In this document: positions 38,852-50,600 of the stretch, in pieces | How positions within the stretch are numbered: the stretch's first letter is position 1 | Layout of the letters: every line of letters starts with the position of its first letter | Origin: Auanema rhodensis | Lineage: Eukaryota; Animalia; Nematoda | Length of the DNA: 64,000 bases | Assembly: GCA_964057225.1 (NCBI GenBank) | Contig: OZ059899.1 | Coordinates: 21,266,001 to 21,330,000 of the forward strand | Reading direction: 5' to 3' | Notes under the pieces: generated by a model | Database searches by the model: none | Told to the model about the DNA's origin: nothing | Seen by the model: the letters and a program-made list of their open reading frames with translations, nothing else | Program-made: the position numbers and the translations under genes

Positions 38852-41251
38852 ATGTCATTTGTGAATGAATTGCTCGATATGGACTTCGAGAGCGCATTTG
38901 AAGAGGTAATGTTGAATTCATTCATCTCTGAAATATTATCGGCTATTGAGCCGTTGAATGATTGTTTACGTAAAGATTTTACGGAAAAAATCAGAAACTC
39001 TGCTGAGAAAAGGAGAGCAGAGCAGAAAGTTGCTAATTTGATAATTTCAATAAAGCAAAATTTAGCTAGTGAATTGCGAAAAGGGCAAAATTGGAGATTT
39101 ATCCAGTCCATTATTACAGCAATGAACAAGAGTGGGCTCAAAAAGCCTTCAGAGTTGGGTAATACTCTGAAGTTAGCTGATAAACGAGCGGAAACAACTA
39201 AATTCATTTGTGAGATTTTCCAACTCAATGAAAGTGAGATAGTGGACGAGATGAGGGCCATTAATAGTACTATGAAAGATTTATGCGATTTTTTCAAATG
39301 TGATAAAAAATCTTTGAAGCATGAAATATTTAATAGTTTTAATTTGCAGAGATCAGCAGCTATCGAGAGCCAAGCGCAATTAGCTATGGCGGATATGATG
39401 ATTGATGACAAAGCAGCAGGTAAAATAGAAGAGGAAAATTCTGAAATTGAATATATTTTACAGTTGCATCGACAGAAGGAGTTGAGAACAACTCAGAAAT
39501 GGTTGACGGATGTTCAACAGGAACAGGAGAAAAAAGAGGGATTAGACTCCAAGGGTGAGTCGTCTTTGCCTTTTAATGGACTCAGCGCGCAGAATGAAGC
39601 GTTTTTGGACATAATGCGAGCGCAATTGCTGCCTGATGTTCCAAGTTTTTCGAGTGGGTCGTTCGAGAAATGGAACCATTTTGTAGAAGGGTTTCACCTG
39701 AAATACCCAAAAAGCACGTTGTCGGCAAGCGGCCGCAGAACGCTGTTTGTAGAAAAATTAAGAGGAGAGGCGAGAGATAGGTATGATGAGTTGCCTGAAA
39801 TAATCAGAAACAGTTCGCTCGACAAAATAATAGAGGAACTGAATAAGCAACATGAGTATTCTAAGAGAGCAAGTAGGTTAGATGCCATAGCTGCTCTTAA
39901 ATCTTTGAAGTTTGACAACAATAGCAATCTAATAAGCTTTTGTAAGAAACTAGAAGAAACTTCTAGGAAGGCTTACCCCGGATTGTCTATGTCAAAGTTA
40001 TCGTTCACAAGAGCTCAAGTCTTGTATGAGGTACTCAGAGAATGTACTTGTGCATTACAAGTACTTGAGACAATAGAGACTAGTGAAGAAGGGGAGGTGT
40101 ATGAGAAGGTGAAAGAGGTCGCTTTACGTTGTGAAAGAAATAAGCGCATTCACTACAATCAGCATAGAAAGGACAGAATACCTGAAGTAAACCTGCCCAG
40201 GCTGAGATTTTTGAAGCAGAATAATACTGCTAGTGGTCAACACATGACCAATCGTGGCAGTTACGTAACTGAAAAGGTTCGTAATTTTCCACAGAGAAAA
40301 GAAGTTATTTGTTACATATGTAACAGAAGTGGTCATATAGCAACACATTGTGCTGAAAGAAAACGACCATCAGACAATTCTAACAGAATTGAACAAGAAC
40401 AGAACAATATGGGTTCTGTTATGAATAAGCAAGCTGTTGCATGGAACAAAACTATCAAAACATGCAACAACAGCTATGATGCAAAATTGATTGGTGAGCA
40501 GAGTTTACTACCTATGTTAATCTGCAGCATGAGAAATAAAAAAGTTCTTATTGACACGGGATCGCAAATATCAGTGATGTCGTCACAAGCTCTAGTTAAT
40601 TTGATGAATGAAGGGGTTGACTTAGATAGAAGTGTAACTCAACTTCCTTGGAATGGAGATAAGTTCATAGCGAATGCCTCGGGTACGCGAATGAATTTTG
40701 TTGGAGCAATAAGCTGTGAAGTTTATTGCTCAGAAAGTAAAAAAACTGCACAAGTATGTTTTTTGGTGAGAAAAAGTAGAGATGATTCTATACTTATTGG
40801 TACGAATGCCCTGAAAGATTTGGGCATATCTTTGAAGTTTTATAGAAAAGAGGCCATAGCCTTACAGAGAGTTTATATACCTGCGAATAAAAGTAGAACG
40901 CTACAAATCTCATGTGACGAGCAGAAAGATAGCTTACTGGTATCCCATAGGAGTGATATACCCACGGGAATATGTAAAGTGGACACCAATAGTTCCACTA
41001 CAGTGATTGTGGCTAACATGACATGCCAGCCAACCACGATAAAGAAAGGAGAGATTGTCGGTAAATGGGAGTCCGAGAATTGGACTGAAAAGCTGACTGC
41101 ACTGAATGAGATGCACAAAACTCATAAGCCTCAACAACAGCTTAAAAAAAACAGCACCATAACTAATTTCTTGTTGAAATTTAAATTTTCTCATGTATGT
41201 TGTAAATGTTTATTTTTATTGTTGTGTTTAATGAAACTGTTAAACTATTGA
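38852..41251 (+). CDS. gag: Gag-protease polyprotein (799 aa from the first ATG; the ORF track starts at TTG 38840): helical N-terminus, capsid-like region, CCHC zinc knuckle, retropepsin
   Basis: Capsid-like LPDVPSFSSGSFEKWNHFVEGF...KLRGEARDRYDELP, CYICNRSGHIATHC knuckle (40310-40351), LIDTGSQISV active site (DTG 40553-40561) and ILIGTNAL second protease motif (ILIG 40790-40801). No YxDD, RNase H, HHCC or DDE motifs. The true start could lie in an upstream exon. Confidence 0.93.
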   Translation: MSFVNELLDMDFESAFEEVMLNSFISEILSAIEPLNDCLRKDFTEKIRNSAEKRRAEQKVANLIISIKQNLASELRKGQNWRFIQSIITAMNKSGLKKPSELGNTLKLADKRAETTKFICEIFQLNESEIVDEMRAINSTMKDLCDFFKCDKKSLKHEIFNSFNLQRSAAIESQAQLAMADMMIDDKAAGKIEEENSEIEYILQLHRQKELRTTQKWLTDVQQEQEKKEGLDSKGESSLPFNGLSAQNEAFLDIMRAQLLPDVPSFSSGSFEKWNHFVEGFHLKYPKSTLSASGRRTLFVEKLRGEARDRYDELPEIIRNSSLDKIIEELNKQHEYSKRASRLDAIAALKSLKFDNNSNLISFCKKLEETSRKAYPGLSMSKLSFTRAQVLYEVLRECTCALQVLETIETSEEGEVYEKVKEVALRCERNKRIHYNQHRKDRIPEVNLPRLRFLKQNNTASGQHMTNRGSYVTEKVRNFPQRKEVICYICNRSGHIATHCAERKRPSDNSNRIEQEQNNMGSVMNKQAVAWNKTIKTCNNSYDAKLIGEQSLLPMLICSMRNKKVLIDTGSQISVMSSQALVNLMNEGVDLDRSVTQLPWNGDKFIANASGTRMNFVGAISCEVYCSESKKTAQVCFLVRKSRDDSILIGTNALKDLGISLKFYRKEAIALQRVYIPANKSRTLQISCDEQKDSLLVSHRSDIPTGICKVDTNSSTTVIVANMTCQPTTIKKGEIVGKWESENWTEKLTALNEMHKTHKPQQQLKKNSTITNFLLKFKFSHVCCKCLFLLLCLMKLLNY

Positions 41252-41294
41252 ATAAATAGTAATAAGAAGAATTTTTTCTCGGGACGAGAAATTT

Positions 41295-41307
41295 GAGAGG
41301 CCGGGGA
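41295..41307 (+). promoter_or_regulatory. Polypurine tract GAGAGGCCGGGGA (plus-strand primer)
   Basis: 11 of 13 bases are purines and the tract abuts the 3' LTR. Confidence 0.85.
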
Positions 41308-41688
41308 TGTCAAGAATATGGCTATAGATACTAAAATGAATAGTATAAATGAAGATAAATATATAATATAATTTATATAAAATATTAAGATAACAATTAT
41401 TCATCAAAAAATTAAATAAAATGAATAATTTGAATAAAATGACCCATTGATAAAACAATCCATAGTAATCGCGCTCCATTTAGAGATTGTTGGTAAACAG
41501 TGAACTGTTGATAATCAACTACCGTAATCTGATTAAAACAATATTTAGTTGTTTTTGTCCTAAAATTATTGTGATAAGGAATTTTTTTATATTTTTTTCA
41601 GTTTGGAATTTTCTCTTGAATTTTTTTGTATTTTTTTTTTTGTTTTTTTTTAATAAATCTTTCTCTTTTTATTTTTCGTTCTTTGATT
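41308..41688 (+). repeat. 3' LTR (381 bp)
   Basis: Starts TGTCAAGAA right after the purine tract, ends CTTTGATT and is followed by the AAAT duplication and satellite. Confidence 0.97.
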
Positions 41689-41692
41689 AAAT
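41689..41692 (+). other. Right copy of target-site duplication AAAT
   Basis: Satellite phase after the element is shifted by exactly 3651 = 3647 + 4. Confidence 0.92.
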
Positions 41693-44600
41693 GTTTTTGG
41701 AAGCAATGTTGAGTGTACATGGAAACTCAACATACACTAAGGCATCATTTTTCAAACGATCATAACTAATTTTTGTATTAAGCGTTTTTCAATGTAGTAC
41801 AGTGCATTCGATGCGGATTTTTAAGCTGCGTCGATCTGTGTTATCAGATTTGCGCTAGCTTAAAAATGCACCGAGATATCAACTGATATAAGTTCACACT
41901 TATATCCTCGATTTTCACCCTGAAGAATTAATTTTTTCGTTGAATAACATTGTCCATCGTCTTTGCCTTGAAAAAAGGAATCTAAAAACATCTACTTTTT
42001 GCTAAATTATTTTGAAATTTTTTGAAAAAATTTTTGTCAAAATGTTTTTGGAAGCAATGTTGAGTGTACATGGAAACTCAACATACACTAATGCATCATT
42101 TTTCAAACGATCATAACTAATTTTTGTATTAAGCGTTTCTCAATGTAGTATAGTGCATTCGATGCGGATTTTTAAGCTGCGTCGATCTGTGTTATCATAT
42201 TTGCGCTAGCTTAAAAATGCACCGAGATATCAACTGATATAAGTTCACACTTATATCCTCAATTTTCACCCTGAAGAATTAATTTTTTCGTTGAATAACA
42301 TTGTCCATCGTCTTTGCCTTGAAAAAAGGAATCTAAAAACATCTACTTTTTGCTAAATTATTTTGAAATTTTTCGAAAAAATTTTTGTCAAAATGTTTTT
42401 GGAAGCAATGTTGAGTGTACATGGAAACTCAACGTACACTAATGCATCATTTTTCAAACGATCATAACTAATTTTTGTATTAAGCGTTTCTCAATGTAGT
42501 ATAGTGCATTCGATGCGGATTTTTAAGCTGCGTCGATCTGTGTTATCAGATTTGCGCTAGCTTAAAAATGCACCGAGATATCAACTGATATAAGTTCACA
42601 CTTATATCCTCGATTTTCACCCTGAAGAATTGATTTTTTCGTTGAATAACATTGTCCATCGTCTTTGCCTTGAAAAAAGGAATCTAAAAACATCTACTTT
42701 TTGCTAAATTATTTTGAAATTTTTCGAAAAAATTTTTGTCAAAATGTTTTTGGAAGCAATGTTGAGTGTACATGGAAACTCAACATACACTAAGGCATCA
42801 TTTTTCAAACGATCATAACTAATTTTTGTATTAAGCGTTTTTCAATGTAGTACAGTGCATTCGATGCGGATTTTTAAGCTGCGTCGATCTGTGTTATCAG
42901 ATTTGCGCTAGCTTAAAAATGCACCGAGATATCAACTGATATAAGTTCAAACTTATATCCTCGATTTTCACCCTGAAGAATTAATTTTTTCGTTGAATAA
43001 CATTGTCCATCGTCTTTGCCTTGAAAAAAGGAATCTAAAAACATCTACTTTTTGCTAAATTATTTTGAAATTTTTTGAAAAAATTTTTGTCAAAATGTTT
43101 TTGGAAGCAATGTTGAGTGTACATGGAAACTCAACATACACTAATGCATCATTTTTCAAACGATCATAACTAATTTTTGTATTAAGCGTTTCTCAATGTA
43201 GTATAGTGCATTCGATGCGGATTTTTAAGCTGCGTCGATCTGTGTTATCATATTTGCGCTAGCTTAAAAATGCACCGAGATATCAACTGATATAAGTTCA
43301 CACTTATATCCTCAATTTTCACCCTGAAGAATTAATTTTTTCGTTGAATAACATTGTCCATCGTCTTTGCCTTGAAAAAAGGAATCTAAAAACATCTACT
43401 TTTTGCTAAATTATTTTGAAATTTTTCGAAAAAATTTTTGTCAAAATGTTTTTGGAAGCAATGTTGAGTGTACATGGAAACTCAACGTACACTAATGCAT
43501 CATTTTTCAAACGATCATAACTAATTTTTGTATTAAGCGTTTCTCAATGTAGTATAGTGCATTCGATGCGGATTTTTAAGCTGCGTCGATCTGTGTTATC
43601 AGATTTGCGCTAGCTTAAAAATGCACCGAGATTTCAACTGATATAAGTTCACACTTATATCCTCGATTTTCACCCTGAAGAATTAATTTTTTCGTTGAAT
43701 AACATTGTCCATCGTCTTTGCCTTGAAAAAAGGAATCTAAAAACATCTACTTTTTGCTAAATTATTTTGAAATTTTTCGAAAAAATTTTTGTCAAAATGT
43801 TTTTGGAAGCAATGTTGAGTGTACATGGAAACGCAACATACACTAAGGCATCATTTTTCAAACGATCATAACTAATTTTTGTATTAAGCGTTTCTCAATG
43901 TAGTATAGTGCATTCGATGCGGATTTTTAAGCTGCGTCGATCTGTGTTATCATATTTGCGCTAGCTTAAAAATGCACCGAGATATCAACTGATATAAGTT
44001 CACACTTATATCCTCAATTTTCACCCTGAAGAATTAATTTTTTCGTTGAGTAACATTGTCCATCGTCTTTGCCTTGAAAAAAGGAATCTAAAAACATCTA
44101 CTTTCTGCTAAATTATTTTGAAATTTTTCGAAAAAATTTTTGTCAAAATGTTTTTGGAAGCAATGTTGAGTGTACATGGAAACTCAACATACACTAAGGC
44201 ATCATTTTTCAAACGATCATAACTAATTTTTGTATTATGCGTTTCTCAATGTAGTATAGTACATTCGATGCGGATTTTCAAGCTGCGTCGATCTGTGTTA
44301 TCAGATTTGCGCTAGCTTAAAAATGCACCGAGATATCAACTGATATAAGTTCACACTTATATCCTCGATTTTCACCCTGAAGAATTAATTTTTTCGTTGA
44401 ATAACATTGTCCATCGTCTTTGCCTTGAAAAAAGGAATCTAAAAACATCTACTTTTTGCTAAATTATTTTGAAATTTTTCGAAAAAATTTTTGTCAAAAT
44501 GTTTTTGGAAGCAATGTTGAGTGTACATGGAAACGCAACATACACTAAGGCATCATTTTTCAAACGATCATAACTAATTTTTGTATTAAGCGTTTCTCAA

Positions 44601-47600
44601 TGTAGTATAGTGCATTCGATGCGGATTTTTAAGCTGCGTCGATCTGTGTTATCATATTTGCGCTAGCTTAAAAATGCACCGAGATATCAACTGATATAAG
44701 TTCACACTTATATCCTCAATTTTCACCCTGAAGAATTAATTTTTTCGTTGAATAACATTGTCCATCGTCTTTGCCTTAAAAAAAGGAATCTAAAAACATC
44801 TACTTTTTGCTAAATTATTTTGAAATTTTTCGAAAAAATTTTTGTCAAAATGTTTTTGGAAGCAATGTTGAGTGTACATGGAAACTCAACGTACACTAAT
44901 GCATCATTTTTCAAACGATCATAACTAATTTTTGTATTAAGCGTTTCTCAATGTAGTATAGTGCATTCGATGCGGATTTTTAAGCTGCGTCGATCTGTGT
45001 TATCAGATTTGCGCTAGCTTAAAAATGCACCGAGATATCAACTGATATAAGTTCACACTTATATCCTCGATTTTCACCCTGAAGAATTAATTTTTTCGTT
45101 GAATAACATTGTCCATCGTCTTTGCCTTAAAAAAAGGAATCTAAAAACATCTACTTTTTGCTAAATTATTTTGAAATTTTTCGAAAAAAGTTTTGTCAAA
45201 ATGTTTTTGGAAGCAATGTTGAGTGTACATGGAAACTCAACGTGCACTAATGCATCATTTTTCAAACGATCATAACTAATTTTTGTATTAAGCGTTTCTC
45301 AATGTAGTATAGTGCATTCGATGCGGATTTTTAAGCTGCGTCGATCTGTGTTATCAGATTTGCGCTAGCTTAAAAATGCACCGAGATATCAACTGATATA
45401 AGTTCACACTTATATCCTCGATTTTCACCCTGAAGAATTAATTTTTTCGTTGAATAACATTGTCCATCGTCTTTGCCTTGAAAAAAGGAATCTAAAAACA
45501 TCTACTTTTTGCTAAATTATTTTGAAATTTTTCGAAAAAATTTTTGTCAAAATGTTTTTGGAAGCAATGTTGAGTGTACATGGAAACTCAACATACACTA
45601 AGGCATCATTTTTCAAACGATCATAACTAATTTTTGTATTAAGCGTTTTTCAATGTAGTACAGTGCATTCGATGCGGATTTTTAAGCTGCGTCGATCTGT
45701 GTTATCAGATTTGCGCTAGCTTAAAAATGCACCGAGATATCAACTGATATAAGTTCACACTTATATCCTCAATTTTCACCCTGAAGAATTAATTTTTTCG
45801 TTGAATAACATTGTCCATCGTCTTTGCCTTGAAAAAAGGAATCTAAAAACATCTACTTTTTGCTAAATTATTTTGAAATTTTTCGAAAAAATTTTTGTCA
45901 AAATGTTTTTGGAAGCAATGTTGAGTGTACATGGAAACTCAACGTACACTAATGCATCATTTTTCAAACGATCATAACTAATTTTTGTATTAAGCGTTTC
46001 TCAATGTAGTATAGTGCATTCGATGCGGATTTTTAAGCTGCGTCGATCTGTGTTATCAGATTTGCGCTAGCTTAAAAATGCACCGAGATATCAACTGATA
46101 TAAGTTCACACTTATATCCTCGATTTTCACCCTGAAGAATTAATTTTTTCGTTGAATAACATTGTCCATCGTCTTTGCCTTGAAAAAAGGAATCTAAAAA
46201 CATCTACTTTTTGCTAAATTATTTTGAAATTTTTCGAAAAAATTTTTGTCAAAATGTTTTTGGAAGCAATGTTGAGTGTACATGGAAACTCAACATACAC
46301 TAAGGCATCATTTTTCAAACGATCATAACTAATTTTTGTATTAAGCGTTTTTCAATGTAGTACAGTGCATTCGATGCGGATTTTTAAGCTGCGTCGATCT
46401 GTGTTATCAGATTTGCGCTAGCTTAAAAATGCACCGAGATATCAACTGATATAAGTTCACACTTATATCCTCGATTTTCACCCTGAAGAATTAATTTTTT
46501 CGTTGAATAACATTGTCCATCGTCTTTGCCTTGAGAAAAGGAATCTAAAAACATCTACTTTTTGCTAAATTATTTTGAAATTTTTTGAAAAAATTTTTGT
46601 CAAAATGTTTTTGGAAGCAATGTTGAGTGTACATGGAAACTCAACATACACTAATGCATCATTTTTCAAACGATCATAACTAATTTTTGTATTAAGCGTT
46701 TCTCAATGTAGTATAGTGCATTCGATGCGGATTTTTAAGCTGCGTCGATCTGTGTTATCATATTTGCGCTAGCTTAAAAATGCACCGAGATATCAACTGA
46801 TATAAGTTCACACTTATATCCTCAATTTTCACCCTGAAGAATTAATTTTTTCGTTGAATAACATTGTCCATCGTCTTTGCCTTGAAAAAAGGAATCTAAA
46901 AACATCTACTTTTTGCTAAATTATTTTGAAATTTTTCGAAAAAATTTTTGTCAAAATGTTTTTGGAAGCAATGTTGAGTGTACATGGAAACTCAACGTAC
47001 ACTAATGCATCATTTTTCAAACGATCATAACTAATTTTTGTATTAAGCGTTTCTCAATGTAGTATAGTGCATTCGATGCGGATTTTTAAGCTGCGTCGAT
47101 CTGTGTTATCATATTTGCGCTAGCTTAAAAATGCACCGAGATATCAACTGATATAAGTTCACACTTATATCCTCAATTTTCACCCTGAAGAATTAATTTT
47201 TTCGTTGAATAACATTGTCCATCGTCTTTGCCTTGAAAAAAGGAATCTAAAAACATCTACTTTTTGCTAAATTATTTTGAAATTTTTTGAAAAAATTTTT
47301 GTCAAAATGTTTTTGGAAGCAATGTTGAGTGTACATGGAAACTCAACATACACTAATGCATCATTTTTCAAACGATCATAACTAATTTTTGTATTAAGCG
47401 TTTCTCAATGTAGTATAGTGCATTCGATGCGGATTTTTAAGCTGCGTCGATCTGTGTTATCATATTTGCGCTAGCTTAAAAATGCACCGAGATATCAACT
47501 GATATAAGTTCACACTTATATCCTCAATTTTCACCCTGAAGAATTAATTTTTTCGTTGAATAACATTGTCCATCGTCTTTGCCTTGAAAAAAGGAATCTA

Positions 47601-50600
47601 AAAACATCTACTTTTTGCTAAATTATTTTGAAATTTTTCGAAAAAATTTTTGTCAAAATGTTTTTGGAAGCAATGTTGAGTGTACATGGAAACTCAACGT
47701 ACACTAATGCATCATTTTTCAAACGATCATAACTAATTTTTGTATTAAGCGTTTCTCAATGTAGTATAGTGCATTCGATGCGGATTTTTAAGCTGCGTCG
47801 ATCTGTGTTATCAGATTTGCGCTAGCTTAAAAATGCACCGAGATATCAACTGATATAAGTTCACACTTATATCCTCGATTTTCACCCTGAAGAATTAATT
47901 TTTTCGTTGAATAACATTGTCCATCGTCTTTGCCTTGAAAAAAGGAATCTAAAAACATCTACTTTTTGCTAAATTATTTTGAAATTTTTCGAAAAAATTT
48001 TTGTCAAAATGTTTTTGGAAGCAATGTTGAGTGTACATGGAAACGCAACATACACTAAGGCATCATTTTTCAAACGATCATAACTAATTTTTGTATTAAG
48101 CGTTTCTCAATGTAGTATAGTGCATTCGATGCGGATTTTTAAGCTGCGTCGATCTGTGTTATCATATTTGCGCTAGCTTAAAAATGCACCGAGATATCAA
48201 CTGATATAAGTTCACACTTATATCCTCAATTTTCACCCTGAAGAATTAATTTTTTCGTTGAATAACATTGTCCATCGTCTTTGCCTTGAAAAAAGGAATC
48301 TAAAAACATCTACTTTCTGCTAAATTATCTTGAAATTTTTCGAAAAAATTTTTGTCAAAATGTTTTTGGAAGCAATGTTGAGTGTACATGGAAACTCAAC
48401 ATACACTAAGACATCATTTTTCAAACGATCATAACTAATTTTTGTATTAAGCGTTTCTCAATGTAGTATAGTGCATTCGATGCGGATTTTTAAGCTGCGT
48501 CGATCTGTGTTATCATATTTGCGCTAGCTTAAAAATGCACCGAGATATCAACTGATATAAGTTCACACTTATATCCTCAATTTTCACCCTGAAGAATTAA
48601 TTTTTTCGTTGAATAACATTGTCCATCGTCTTTGCCTTAAAAAAAGGAATCCAAAAACATCTACTTTTTGCTAAATTATTTTGAAATTTTTCGAAAAAAT
48701 TTTTGTCAAAATGTTTTTGGAAGCAATGTTGAGTGTACATGGAAACGCAACATACACTAAGGCATCATTTTTCAAACGATCATAACTAATTTTTGTATTA
48801 AGCGTTTCTCAATGTAGTATAGTGCATTCGATGCGAATTTTTAAGCTGCGTCGATCTGTGTTATCATATTTGCGCTAGCTTAAAAATGCACCGAGATATC
48901 AACTGATATAAGTTCACACTTATATCCTCAATTTTCACCCTGAAGAATTAATTTTTTCGTTGAATAACATTGTCCATCGTCTTTGCCTTGAAAAAAGGAA
49001 TCTAAAAACATCTACTTTCTGCTAAATTATTTTGAAATTTTTCGAAAAAATTTTTGTCAAAATGTTTTTGGAAGCAATGTTGAGTGTACATGGAAACTCA
49101 ACATACACTAAGACATCATTTTTCAAACGATCATAACTAATTTTTGTATTAAGCGTTTCTCAATGTAGTATAGTACATTCGATGCGGATTTTCAAGCTGC
49201 GTCGATCTGTGTTATCAGATTTGCGCTAGCTTAAAAATGCACCGAGATATCAACTGATATAAGTTCACACTTATATCCTCGATTTTCACCCTGAACAATT
49301 AATTTTTTCGTTGAATAACATTGTTCATCGTCTTTGCCTTGAAAAAAGGAATCTAAAAACATCTACTTTTTGCTAAATTATTTTGAAATTTTTCGAAAAA
49401 ATTTTTGTCAAAATGTTTTTGGAAGCAATGTTGAGTGTACATGGAAACTCAACATACACTAATGCATCATTTTTCAAACGATCATAACTAATTTTTGTAT
49501 TAAGCGTTTCTCAATGTAGTATAGTGCATTCGATGCGGATTTGTAAGCTGCGTCGATCTGTGTTATCATATTTGCGCTAGCTTAAAAATGCACCGAGATA
49601 TCAACTGATATAAGTTCACACTTATATCCTCAATTTTCACCCTGAAGAATTAATTTTTTCGTTGAATAACATTGTCCATCGTCTTTGCCTTGAAAAAAGG
49701 AATCTAAAAACATCTACTTTTTGCTAAATTATTTTGAAATTTTTCGAAAAAATTTTTGTCAAAATGTTTTTGGAAGCAATGTTGAGTGTACATGGAAACT
49801 CAACGTACACTAATGCATCATTTTTCAAACGATCATAACTAATTTTTGTATTAAGCGTTTCTCAATGTAGTATAGTGCATTCGATGCGGATTTTTAAGCT
49901 GCGTCGATCTGTGTTATCAGATTTGCGCTAGCTTAAAAATGCACCGAGATATCAACTGATATAAGTTCACACTTATATCCTCGATTTTCACCCTGAAGAA
50001 TTAATTTTTTCGTTGAATAACATTGTCCATCGTCTTTGCCTTGAAAAAAGGAATCTAAAAACATCTACTTTTTGCTAAATTATTTTGAAATTTTTCGAAA
50101 AAATTTTTGTCAAAATGTTTTTGGAAGCAATGTTGAGTGTACATGGAAACTCAACATACACTAAGGCATCATTTTTCAAACGATTATAACTAATTTTTGT
50201 ATTAAGCGTTTCTCAAAGTAGTATAGTGCATTCGATGCGGATTTTTAAGCTGCGTCGATCTGTGTTATCATATTTGCGCTAGCTTAAAAATGCACCGAGA
50301 TATCAACTGATATAAGTTCACACTTATATCCTCAATTTTCACCCTGAAGAATTAATTTTTTCGTTGAATAACATTGTCCATCGTCTTTGCCTTGAAAAAA
50401 GGAATCTAAAAACATCTACTTTTTGCTAAATTATTTTGAAATTTTTCGAAAAAATTTTTGTCAAAATGTTTTTGGAAGCAATGTTGAGTGTACATGGAAA
50501 CTCAACGTACACTAATGCATCATTTTTCAAACGATCATAACTAATTTTTGTATTAAGCGTTTCTCAATGTAGTATAGTGCATTCGATGCGGATTTTTAAG

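Larger units (their letters stand above)
38042..41688 (+). mobile_element. Non-autonomous LTR retrotransposon, Ty3/gypsy-like, 3647 bp, encoding Gag and protease only
   Basis: Two 381-bp direct repeats, AAAT target-site duplication, PBS directly after the 5' LTR, PPT directly before the 3' LTR, and one ORF with a CCHC knuckle and DTG protease motif. There is no room or motif for RT, RNase H or IN. The gypsy assignment rests on the single knuckle, 4-bp TSD and protease context, and is less certain than the LTR call. Confidence 0.95.

Noticed and set aside
41146-41166. In-frame A-AAA-AAC -1 slippery heptamer near the ORF end
   Set aside because: The -1 frame stops after four codons, no stimulatory structure is evident, and A runs are common here.
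38824-41194. Antisense ORFs (195, 77, 74, 81 and 86 aa) within gag-pro
   Set aside because: Shadow frames of the long sense ORF with no recognisable motifs.
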